Source: Candidatus Nealsonbacteria bacterium RIFCSPLOWO2_01_FULL_43_32
Lineage (GTDB): Bacteria > Patescibacteriota > Minisyncoccia > Minisyncoccales > MHMH01
NCBI GenBank assembly: GCA_001819335.1
Contig: MHMH01000006.1
Coordinates: 1-60,591, forward strand
Length of the DNA stretch: 60,591 nucleotides
Direction: 5' to 3'
Positions 37,788-46,398 of this stretch are shown here, piece after piece. The notes below the pieces were generated by a model. That model had not been told where the DNA came from, did no database searches, and saw only the letters and a program-made list of their open reading frames with translations. Position 1 is the stretch's first letter. The number at the start of each line of letters is the position of its first letter. The position numbers and the translations under genes are program-made.

Positions 37788-39193
37788 AATTGTTCAAAAA
37801 TTTCGGCCAGGGCTAAAATTTTATGTTCACTAAATGGTTGACCAATCATCTGCAGACCGACGGGTAGAGCGCCCACTTTACCGCAGGGCAAAGAAAGGGC
37901 GGGCAGACCGGCTAAGTTGACCGAAACCGTGTAAACATCAACCAGATACATGGATAAAGGGTCTTTGATTTTTTCGCCGAGTTTAAATGGCAGTACAGGG
38001 GAAGTCGGAGTTAACAGCACGTCCACTTTCTGGAAAACCTTTTTGAAATCATTGATAATTTGCGTCCTGACTTTCTGCGCCCTCAAATAATAGGCCTCGT
38101 AATAACCGGACGACAAAGCATAGGTACCCAGCATGATTCTCCGTCTGACTTCGGGGCCGAAGCCCTGGCCCCGGGATTTCAGATAAACTTCCATTAGGTC
38201 TTTGCCTAAAGCCGCGTAGCCGTATTTTATCCCATCATAACGAGCCAGATTAGCCGAAGCTTCTGAAGGATTAATCATGTAATAAGCAGGCAGAGCGGCT
38301 TCGGTATGGGGCAAGCTCACTTCAATGAGCTTGGCGCCGGCTTTTTCGTATTTTCGAATCGCTTCTTTGACGAGCCTCTCAATACTCGGGTCAATTCCTT
38401 TGACAAAATACTCCTTGGGCATGCCAATCTTTAAATTTCGAATTTCGAATTTCGAATTTCGAATTTTTGATTCCACCGAAGTGGAATCAAGCGGATCTTG
38501 GCCCGCGATGGCCTCAAATACTATTTTAGCATCTTCCACGGTCTTTGTGATGGGACCAATTTGGTCCAAAGAAGAAGCAAAAGCAATCAAACCATAACGG
38601 GAAACCGCTCCATAAGTGGGCTTTAAGCCCACCACGCCGCAGAAAGAAGCAGGCTGGCGGACAGAACCTCCGGTGTCTGAACCAAGCGCATAGATAGACA
38701 TGTCGGCAGCCACAGCTGCCGCTGAACCACCTGATGTTCCACCGGGTACTCGGGTCAGGTCGTGCGGGTTGCGAGTCGGGCCAAAAGCCGAGTTCTCGGT
38801 AGAGGAACCCATGGCAAACTCATCAAGATTGGTCTTGCCCAGAATAATTGCTCCCTGCTTTTTAAGCTTGGCTACTACTGTAGCATCATAGGGAGCTACA
38901 TAGTTTTCCAGCATCCTGGAACCAGCCGTGCATTTGACGTTTTCAATCAGGATATTATCTTTGATGGCAGCCGAAATCCCAGCCAGCAAAGATATCTCTT
39001 GGCCAGTGGCCAATAGGTCATCTATTTTCTTAGCTTGAGTCAGGGCCGCACTTTCATCAACGCTTAAAAAAGCATGGATTGATTTGTCTTGCTCTTTGAT
39101 TTTATTTAAATGGGCTTGGCAAAGTTCCAGAGCAGAAAATTGTTTTTTCTTCAGCCCCTGATGCGCCTGAGCGATGGTTAATTCGGTTAACAT
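37784..39193 (-). CDS. gatA: Glu-tRNA(Gln) amidotransferase subunit A
   Basis: Amidase signature GGTSGGSAAAVAA and GSDTGGSVRQPA. Confidence 0.95.
   Translation of the reverse strand: MLTELTIAQAHQGLKKKQFSALELCQAHLNKIKEQDKSIHAFLSVDESAALTQAKKIDDLLATGQEISLLAGISAAIKDNILIENVKCTAGSRMLENYVAPYDATVVAKLKKQGAIILGKTNLDEFAMGSSTENSAFGPTRNPHDLTRVPGGTSGGSAAAVAADMSIYALGSDTGGSVRQPASFCGVVGLKPTYGAVSRYGLIAFASSLDQIGPITKTVEDAKIVFEAIAGQDPLDSTSVESKIRNSKFEIRNLKIGMPKEYFVKGIDPSIERLVKEAIRKYEKAGAKLIEVSLPHTEAALPAYYMINPSEASANLARYDGIKYGYAALGKDLMEVYLKSRGQGFGPEVRRRIMLGTYALSSGYYEAYYLRAQKVRTQIINDFKKVFQKVDVLLTPTSPVLPFKLGEKIKDPLSMYLVDVYTVSVNLAGLPALSLPCGKVGALPVGLQMIGQPFSEHKILALAEIFEQL
38434..38468. repeat. Heptanucleotide tandem repeat (AATTTCG)x4 plus a partial unit, inside gatA
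   Basis: Units at 38434, 38441, 38448 and 38455. Translated as IRNSKFEIRNLK. Confidence 0.8.
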
Positions 39194-39195
39194 CG

Positions 39196-39450
39196 CTATA
39201 AGATGGACTTTACCTTTAAATAACCTTCGATGAGTTTTTTCTTAGACGATAAAACCTCGTCTTTCCTCATCACGTTCTCCATAGACAGGGGATGGCTCGT
39301 GGCTTCAACCCCGGACACGTCCACCCTCTTGAGTTTTTCAACGTAATCTAAAATCGAAGAAAGTTCTTTTTGATACTTGCCTATTTCTTTCTCGCTCAGC
39401 CCCAAACGGGCCAACTGAGCAATATGTTTTACCGCTTCTTTAGTGATCAT
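39196..39450 (-). CDS. gatC: Glu-tRNA(Gln) amidotransferase subunit C
   Basis: 84 aa. AQLARLGLSEKE motif. Upstream of gatA. Confidence 0.85.
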   Translation of the reverse strand: MITKEAVKHIAQLARLGLSEKEIGKYQKELSSILDYVEKLKRVDVSGVEATSHPLSMENVMRKDEVLSSKKKLIEGYLKVKSIL

Positions 39451-40499
39451 TTGGGTGGCTCTAATTCCTCGGTCTCGGCCAGCACCTCTCTCAACTCGTC
39501 AATATTCTCTAAAACCAGGCCCGCGCCTCGGGCTACGGCCGTGACCGGGTCTTCAATAATTTTGGCGGGAATTTTCGTTTCTTTGGCGATCAAGATATCT
39601 AGTCCTTTCAGCAGGCTGCCCCCGCCGGCGAGGTGAATACCTTTCCCCATGACATCGGCCAAGAGCTCGGGCGGCGTTTCCTCCACCGCTGTCTTGATGG
39701 TGTCGACGATTTGTCTGACGGATTTTTCCATGGCTCTTCTGATATCCTCGTCAGAAACCATAATTTCTTCGGGCAAGCCGGTCACAAAGTTCCTGCCTCT
39801 CAGCGGCATGGCTTTTTTTTCTTTTAAGGGGTAAGCCGAACCAATACCGATTTTAACGTCTTCAGCTGTACGCTCACCGATTAATAACTTGTATTCTTCC
39901 TGGGCAAAATAGATGATGTCTTCGTTAAGCTTGTCCCCGGCCACTTTAAGGGTCTTGGACAAAACTATGCCGCCCAGAGAAATGACCACGACCTGGGTCG
40001 TACCTCCGCCAATATCCACAACGAAATTACCGCCAGCTTCCTGAACGGGCAGCCTGGCCCCGATGGCCGCGGCCATGGGCTGCTCAATTAAATAAACTTC
40101 TCTGGCTCCGGCATTTTTGGCCGCGTCTTGAACGGCTTTTTTCTCCACTTCGGTCACTCCGCAAGGCACGCCGATGATCACCCTAGGCTTGGGACTGAAT
40201 AAAAACTTGCGGCGCTGAATTTTCTCGATAAAGTAGCGCAGCATTTGCTCGGTTACTTCAAAATCAGAAATCACCCCCTTGACCAGGGGACGGGTAGCCA
40301 CGATATGAGCCGGAGTCCGGCCCACCATTTTTTTAGCCTCTTCGCCAATAGCTAGAACCTGACCGGTTTTCTGGTTGACGGCCACCACCGAAGGCTCAAA
40401 AATGACAATGCCCCGCCCCTTAACGTAAACGAGCGTGGTGGCCGTGCCCAAATCAATGGCAATATCTTGGTATAAATAAGAAAAAAGTTTATCAAACAT
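39447..40499 (-). CDS. mreB: Rod-shape actin homologue MreB (paralog 1)
   Basis: DLGTATTLVY, VIGVPCGVTEVE and VDIGGGTTQV motifs. Confidence 0.9.
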   Translation of the reverse strand: MFDKLFSYLYQDIAIDLGTATTLVYVKGRGIVIFEPSVVAVNQKTGQVLAIGEEAKKMVGRTPAHIVATRPLVKGVISDFEVTEQMLRYFIEKIQRRKFLFSPKPRVIIGVPCGVTEVEKKAVQDAAKNAGAREVYLIEQPMAAAIGARLPVQEAGGNFVVDIGGGTTQVVVISLGGIVLSKTLKVAGDKLNEDIIYFAQEEYKLLIGERTAEDVKIGIGSAYPLKEKKAMPLRGRNFVTGLPEEIMVSDEDIRRAMEKSVRQIVDTIKTAVEETPPELLADVMGKGIHLAGGGSLLKGLDILIAKETKIPAKIIEDPVTAVARGAGLVLENIDELREVLAETEELEPPK

Positions 40500-41730
40500 G
40501 TTTTAAAACTTGAGTAATTTTAACTAATTTCATTTGGGCCTGGCTTCTTTCTTTAAGCTCTGCGCAATTCTTTTCCAACGTTCGCTCGCTCGCGACTACT
40601 CTGAGTGGTATGCCGATTAAGTCGGCCTCGGCAAACTTCTCGCCCGCAGACTTATCTTTTCTGTCGTCGTACAGCACTTCTTTCTTAGCTTTCTGCAAAT
40701 CCTGATAAAGTTTGTCTGCTGTCTTCTTGACTTGAGGGCTATCCCCTATCTGGATAAGGTGAATTTCAAAAGGAGCTACAGCTTTGGGCCAGACAATGCC
40801 TTTTTCGTCATAAAACTTCTCGACGACGGTCGCCATAACCCTGCCCAAACCGATGCCGTATGAGCCCATGACGACGTATTTTTTCTCGCTTTTTTCATCG
40901 GAAAATTTAAGGCCGAAGGCTTCCGAGTATTTCGTCCCCAAGGGGAAGATATTGCCGACCTCTATCGATTTGCTTTCTTTAACCGGGCCACCGCATTTCG
41001 GACATTTCGAACCGTCTCCGAGTTTTGAAATTTCTTTGTTCTCCGCGTATCCGCATTTTTCGCAAACATAAATCGTATCTTCCCCGGCATCGCATAAAAC
41101 CTGGAATTCATGGGTATTATTCAAAGTAAAATCTCCGCCGCCGGCCAGCGTATAAATAGAATCAAGCCCGCACCGATTGAATATTTTTTTGTAAGATTCG
41201 GCTGCTTTATCGTAATATTTGAACAGGTCCTCTTCTGTCGTATGAAAACTGTAAAGATCTTTCATTAAAAACTCCCTGCCTCGAAGAAGACCGGATTTTG
41301 CTCTCGGTTCATTCCTGAACTTGGCCTGGATTTGATAAGCGGCAAAGGGCAAATCCTTATAAGAGCTTATGTATTTTGTCGCTATTTCGGTGATTATTTC
41401 TTCGTGCGTCCAGCTTAAATTAAAAGCCGGCTCTTTTCCTTCTTCGGCCACTTTGAAAATAACGTCGACGTTCCAGCGTCCGGTTGACTGAAGATAGTGT
41501 TTGTCATGGAGCGCCGTCATAAACATTTCCTGGCCGCCGATGGCCGCCATTTCTTCTCTGATGATTGAGGAGATTTTCTGGATTACCCTCCAGCCTAACG
41601 GTAAAAAAGAATAGATGCCTGCAGAATTTTTATAAATAAAGCCGGCTCTAGTTAGAAGCCTGGCATTGACTGAAACTTCGTCTTTGGGCGCTTCTTTAAT
41701 TGTTTTGGTAAAAAGTTGGCTTTGTTTCAT
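40492..41730 (-). CDS. proS: Prolyl-tRNA synthetase, bacterial type without the INS editing domain
   Basis: N-terminus MKQSQLFTKTIKEAP...ARLLTRAGF. Motif 2 RGREFLMKD. CEKCGY...CPKCGG zinc ribbon. Start moved to Met15 (41730). Confidence 0.85.
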   Translation of the reverse strand: MKQSQLFTKTIKEAPKDEVSVNARLLTRAGFIYKNSAGIYSFLPLGWRVIQKISSIIREEMAAIGGQEMFMTALHDKHYLQSTGRWNVDVIFKVAEEGKEPAFNLSWTHEEIITEIATKYISSYKDLPFAAYQIQAKFRNEPRAKSGLLRGREFLMKDLYSFHTTEEDLFKYYDKAAESYKKIFNRCGLDSIYTLAGGGDFTLNNTHEFQVLCDAGEDTIYVCEKCGYAENKEISKLGDGSKCPKCGGPVKESKSIEVGNIFPLGTKYSEAFGLKFSDEKSEKKYVVMGSYGIGLGRVMATVVEKFYDEKGIVWPKAVAPFEIHLIQIGDSPQVKKTADKLYQDLQKAKKEVLYDDRKDKSAGEKFAEADLIGIPLRVVASERTLEKNCAELKERSQAQMKLVKITQVLKHV

Positions 41731-41734
41731 AAAA

Positions 41735-42814
41735 TTAAAAAAGTCTGGGGATGTCGAACTTGACCGTGACAAAAACCATCAGCATAATCAATAAAACAAA
41801 GAAAGTGGCGGTAATCTTCTGCTCTACCTTGTAATTGATGGGCTTGCCCCTGACGCCTTCTATCAGCAGAAAAAATAGCTTGCCCCCGTCCAGAGCCGGA
41901 ATGGGCAGAATGTTCGCCAAGGCCAAAGCTAAGGCGATTAAAGAGATTAAAAATAGAAAATAATTGATACCTAAGGCAGAATATTCCCTGAGCAGTTCAA
42001 AAATCCCTAACGGCCCCATCATTTCCATTTTCATCCCAGCCGGCAGTTTAATCAACCCGAACGCACTTTTTAAGCCCAGCACCCAACCGTTAACGATATC
42101 TAAAGAAAGCTGCCAAGCAGTCAACACCCCTTGCCCGGGCGCTTCATACCAAGTGTAAGATTTAAAAGCAGTCCTGACCAAACCGATACCAATGGCGCCT
42201 TCTCCCTCGGGCGGAGCAACCCTGGGGATAATCTTTTCGTTAAAAACCTGGCTGCCTCTTTTAAGCGTCAGCACAATTTCCTCTCCCTGATGAGCGTCAA
42301 TAAACTCTTGAACGTCCTTTACTTTTTCAAAACCGACAATAATATCGCCCGCTCTTAAGCCGGCTGCTTGAGCTGGAGAATGATCAGCTATTTGGGTAAT
42401 CTGAATTTTAGGGCCTATTAAATTATGATTATCCTCGTCAGAAACAGCCGTGGGCAACCCCCAAATGCCAGCCACCACGCTTAATAAAATCACCGCCACA
42501 ATCCAAAAAGAAACCACGCCTCCCAAAACAATGGCCACTCTCTGCCAGATGGGCTTGCCGATAAAACTGCGGTAATCCTCAATACCGCCTTCTTCACCGT
42601 GGATTTTAACAAAAGCGCCGAACGGCCAAAGATTCAAAGAATAAACGGTCTCCCCGATTTTCTTACCCAAGACACGAGGCGGATAGCCGATGCCGAATTC
42701 CTCAACCTTAACGCCGAATTTTTTGGCTAAAATAAAATGGCCCAGCTCATGAATGATAATGAGGGCGATTAAACTGAAAAAAGCAATAATAATTGTAAAA
42801 AACATATTCGTCAA
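41735..42814 (-). CDS. rseP: Site-2 (RseP/M50) zinc metalloprotease with PDZ domain
   Basis: HELGHF motif, PDZ-like AAGLRAGDII, C-terminal TM helices. Confidence 0.85.
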   Translation of the reverse strand: MTNMFFTIIIAFFSLIALIIIHELGHFILAKKFGVKVEEFGIGYPPRVLGKKIGETVYSLNLWPFGAFVKIHGEEGGIEDYRSFIGKPIWQRVAIVLGGVVSFWIVAVILLSVVAGIWGLPTAVSDEDNHNLIGPKIQITQIADHSPAQAAGLRAGDIIVGFEKVKDVQEFIDAHQGEEIVLTLKRGSQVFNEKIIPRVAPPEGEGAIGIGLVRTAFKSYTWYEAPGQGVLTAWQLSLDIVNGWVLGLKSAFGLIKLPAGMKMEMMGPLGIFELLREYSALGINYFLFLISLIALALALANILPIPALDGGKLFFLLIEGVRGKPINYKVEQKITATFFVLLIMLMVFVTVKFDIPRLF

Positions 42815-42828
42815 TTAGGACAAATTCG

Positions 42829-43386
42829 CTATTCGCTGATTTCTTTCTTCTTCTTTTCGGCGAGAGTGTTAATTTTCTTTTGATAATCGTCCACCAATTC
42901 CTGCAACTCGTCTTTGGCGCGGAATTTATCGTCTTCTCGTATTTTCCCCTCCTTAAAGCCGTCTTGAACCTCTTTCCAGGCCTCTTCTCTCCACCGCCTG
43001 ACGGTTTGCTTGGCCTGTTCTTGTTTTTCCGACAAAAGACGGAGCAAATCCTTGCGATAATCTTCGGTCAAAGGAGGCAGGGTGATACGGACAGTATCCT
43101 TATCAACGATGGGATTTATGCCTATGCCGGTTTTGGATAAGGCCGCGACAATCCCTTCAATATAGGATTTATCCCAGGGCTGAATGAGAATCTGCTTGGC
43201 TTCGGGCGTGGAAATGGCCGCTAACTGCTTTAAAGGAAATTTCTGGCCGAAACAATCAGCCACCACGTCTTCCACCAAGGAAGGCGTAGCTCGGCCCGTG
43301 CGGATTTTACCCAGCTCCCCTTCCAGAAACCCGACCACCTTATCCATCTCCGGCTTAATCTTATTGATGATTTCTTTGTATTCCAT
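42829..43386 (-). CDS. frr: Ribosome recycling factor
   Basis: 185 aa; L..IRTGRA.P.L...V pattern. Confidence 0.95.
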   Translation of the reverse strand: MEYKEIINKIKPEMDKVVGFLEGELGKIRTGRATPSLVEDVVADCFGQKFPLKQLAAISTPEAKQILIQPWDKSYIEGIVAALSKTGIGINPIVDKDTVRITLPPLTEDYRKDLLRLLSEKQEQAKQTVRRWREEAWKEVQDGFKEGKIREDDKFRAKDELQELVDDYQKKINTLAEKKKKEISE

Positions 43387-43456
43387 AATTAAAAATCAGA
43401 TGCTCACTCTTTTTCCAATATACCAGAAAGCGGCTGGCCTGTCGAGAAAAAAGTAA

Positions 43457-44223
43457 CTATCGGGGTCGAACCCCGATAGCCTACTCTATGGCGACTTTTT
43501 CGAAATCAGCTAATTCTTTTTTGAATTCTAACCAACTATCTACTGCTTCCTTGCAACCTTTCACCCCGCCCATTGTTTCAGCTAAAAACTCTCGGCTGGT
43601 TAAAGACGGAAAATTTTTAACTCCTAAATAATCTGGATAGCTTGACCACCTGTAATCTCTCGCGAAATTAATTACTTTTTTCGCATCTTCAATTCCTCTT
43701 TCCTTCCAACCAGGAAAGATAATGGCCACCGGATTAGTATGAACGTAAACAAAAATTGTGTAAAGTTGTTTGTCGTTCTCGATATGGACCAACCTGTATT
43801 TTCCTTGGAATAGGTGTCCGACTCTTTTGTGTCTCTGATTATAATAGACTCCGTAACCTCCGCCAATCTTTTTCATAAACTGACTGATTCCGCCATCTCT
43901 TATCTGGCGAAGTAATAGGTGAACATGATTAGGCATTAAACAAAAGGCTAGAATCTCTACCAACATCTCCCTAACTCCCCTCTTATAGCTATCGGGGTCG
44001 GACCCCGTTAGTTTTGATTTTTGGAAGAAACGGAAATTAGAAGAAACGGGGCTTGTGTCATTGAACTCAAATAAATCATGAATCATGCGAAAGTAATCTT
44101 TTTCATCACGAAAAAGCTTCAGATTTTCTACTGTCCGAATAACGGTATGATATATTTCTCCATTAACTAACGGCGGTCTTTTGCTTGGCATATTAGCGTA
44201 TTAGCGGGGTCGGACCCCGATAG
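43457..44223 (-). mobile_element. RAYT/IS200-like unit 2 with cognate hairpins (two flanking plus one internal)
   Basis: CTATCGGGGT-CGA-ACCCCGATAG at 43457-79; CGGGGT-CGG-ACCCCG at 44205-23; internal copy at 43989-44011. Confidence 0.7.
43481..44191 (-). CDS. REP-associated tyrosine transposase-like protein, paralog 2
   Basis: HUH motif MPNHVHLL; Tyr motif VYVHTNPV. Confidence 0.8.
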   Translation of the reverse strand: MPSKRPPLVNGEIYHTVIRTVENLKLFRDEKDYFRMIHDLFEFNDTSPVSSNFRFFQKSKLTGSDPDSYKRGVREMLVEILAFCLMPNHVHLLLRQIRDGGISQFMKKIGGGYGVYYNQRHKRVGHLFQGKYRLVHIENDKQLYTIFVYVHTNPVAIIFPGWKERGIEDAKKVINFARDYRWSSYPDYLGVKNFPSLTSREFLAETMGGVKGCKEAVDSWLEFKKELADFEKVAIE

Positions 44224-44367
44224 TTATATTGTAGTGGGATTTTGGATTAATGTCGAGGAAAAGAAAGGGGTGCCTCGTGCAATATCACGAAACACCTCCA
44301 TTGCTTGATTCCTTGGCCTCATTCTTTATCTTTTAAACTTTGTGCCGATGGCCAGCCGGCAATCTTT

Positions 44368-44514
44368 TCACCGTGGCACTAGTAATGCTAATATGGCCCG
44401 GATCTTGAAGCTGAATGTCAAAGAGTTTTTAGGCATGCCGTCCATAGCAACGGTGTGAGGCCCGCTTCGCTTACCGCCATCCTTCATAAAATATCGCAAT
44501 TCGTAATCACCCAC
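44368..44514 (-). CDS. Candidate 48-aa small ORF with a strong conserved RBS
   Basis: AAGGAGGTGCCAA then GTG. The RBS/start block is shared with 60361. Confidence 0.3.
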   Translation of the reverse strand: MGDYELRYFMKDGGKRSGPHTVAMDGMPKNSLTFSFKIRAILALLVPR

Positions 44515-44566
44515 TTGGCACCTCCTTAATTTTTCTTTACTCTAACAAATTTTAACGAAAAGTCAA

Positions 44567-45370
44567 TCACAATTCCAGCATCAATATTTCCAAGGCGAGC
44601 CTGGCGTTGACGTTGGTGGTGGCAATCAAGAAGTCAGTGGTTTGGATAAGCTTAAGGATTTTGCTGAGCTTGGCCAGAGAATATTCCTTGTTGTGGTTAT
44701 GAACGGCTGAAATGAGTATTTCCCTGAAATAGCCCAGCCAGGTTTCCAGGATTTCTTTAAGGCGCTTTGGCTCTTCGGCTAATTTCTTGGCATAGGCAAA
44801 ACGTAAAACCATTTCCTGTCTGATGATTTCAAGAAGCTCAGCGATGATTTTCTTTTGGCGTTGATCAAAAGTCTGAACTTCAGTATGATAAAATCTTAAA
44901 CGTTCCACCCGGGAAAGAATGGTGGGCAATAACATTTCCGGATATTCGGTAATTAAAATAAAAATAGTACTACCCTTGGGTTCTTCTAAGAGCTTCAAAA
45001 AAGCGCTTTGAGCCTCTTGGTTTAAAAGATGCGCCCGGTCAATCATGACTGCTTTAAAAGATGAGGCATAGGCCCGTAAGGCAAGGTGGTCATGCAAGGC
45101 CCTGACTTGGCTGATTTTGATTTCCTTGTCTTCTTCTGGCTCGACTATTAATAAATCAGGATAAACATTTTTCCCGATGTCCAAGCAGGCGCGGCATGTT
45201 TGGCAGGGACGCTCAGCCGTATTTCCATACTGACAATTAAGCAGCTTAATTAACTCCAGAGCCAGGGCTTTTTTGCCGATGGAATGCTGGCCGTAAAATA
45301 AGAGAGCATGAGGCATTTTTTGAAGCTCATACGTTTTTTTAAGGTATTGCCATTGTTTCGGATATAACAT
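44567..45370 (-). CDS. holB: DNA polymerase III delta-prime subunit
   Basis: HALLFYGQHSIGKKALA and a Cys4 module CQ...CQTCRAC. Start moved to Met48 of the track ORF. Confidence 0.8.
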   Translation of the reverse strand: MLYPKQWQYLKKTYELQKMPHALLFYGQHSIGKKALALELIKLLNCQYGNTAERPCQTCRACLDIGKNVYPDLLIVEPEEDKEIKISQVRALHDHLALRAYASSFKAVMIDRAHLLNQEAQSAFLKLLEEPKGSTIFILITEYPEMLLPTILSRVERLRFYHTEVQTFDQRQKKIIAELLEIIRQEMVLRFAYAKKLAEEPKRLKEILETWLGYFREILISAVHNHNKEYSLAKLSKILKLIQTTDFLIATTNVNARLALEILMLEL

Positions 45371-45386
45371 AATTCGGATTATATTT

Positions 45387-46397
45387 TTATCTTTTAGACA
45401 TGATGCTCTTTTTATAAACATCGAGGTTTTCCAAAACAATGCCCGTGCCCTTGGCCACGCATAATAAAGGCTCATCGGCCATAAAACAAGGCACGCCTGT
45501 AGCTTGAGCAATCAAAGCGTCAAGGTTGCGCACCAAAGCGCCTCCGCCCGAAAGCACCATGCCCTGGTCCATAATATCGGCTGACAACTCGGGCGGCGTA
45601 TCTCTCAAGACCTGCTTAATCACCTGGATGATTTCAGAGAGCGTGTCGGTCATGGCCGAACAGACTTCGTTGGAAGAGATCTTAACGGTCCGGGGCAGGC
45701 CTGAAAGCAAATCACGGCCGCGAATCTCCATTTTCTTCTCTTCCTTTTCCGGCAAGGCTGTGCCGATTTTTATTTTAATGTCTTCGGCCGTCTGATCGCC
45801 CACTGCCAAATTGTATTTTTTCTTAATATAATCGGCAATGGCTAAATTCATTCTATCGCCGGCCATCCTGATAGAGCTTACTGTCACGATGCCCCCCAGC
45901 GAAATCACCGCCACTTCGGCCGTACCGCCGCCGATATCAACAATCAAATGGCCGGAGCAGGCATTAATCGGAATATTAGCGCCGATGGCCGCCAGAATCG
46001 GCTCTTTGGCCACGAAAACTTCTTTGGCCCCGGCATTAAGGCCCGCTTCAATCACGGCCCGCCTTTCTGTTGAAGTGATGCCAGCCGGCACCGCGATCAT
46101 CAGCTCTGGTTTCAAAAACTGCAAAGGCCCCCTGGTTTTATTGATAAAATGCTTAATCATGGCTTGAGTGACCCGGAAATCAGCGATAACGCCGTCTTTC
46201 AGCGGCCGATAAACCCTGATGGTATCGGGCGTCCTACCGATCATGGCTTTGGCTGCCTCGCCCACGGCTAAAATGCTGTTCTCGTCGAGCGAAACAGCCA
46301 CGACTGAAGGCTCCTGCAAAACCACTCCTTTGCCTGGGACGAAAACCAAAGAGTTGCAAGTGCCCAAATCAATGCCGATTTTTCTCACAAACATCAT
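45387..46397 (-). CDS. mreB: MreB paralog 2
   Basis: IDLGTCNSLVF and VDIGGGTAEV motifs. 336 aa. Confidence 0.9.
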   Translation of the reverse strand: MMFVRKIGIDLGTCNSLVFVPGKGVVLQEPSVVAVSLDENSILAVGEAAKAMIGRTPDTIRVYRPLKDGVIADFRVTQAMIKHFINKTRGPLQFLKPELMIAVPAGITSTERRAVIEAGLNAGAKEVFVAKEPILAAIGANIPINACSGHLIVDIGGGTAEVAVISLGGIVTVSSIRMAGDRMNLAIADYIKKKYNLAVGDQTAEDIKIKIGTALPEKEEKKMEIRGRDLLSGLPRTVKISSNEVCSAMTDTLSEIIQVIKQVLRDTPPELSADIMDQGMVLSGGGALVRNLDALIAQATGVPCFMADEPLLCVAKGTGIVLENLDVYKKSIMSKR

Positions 46398-46398
46398 G

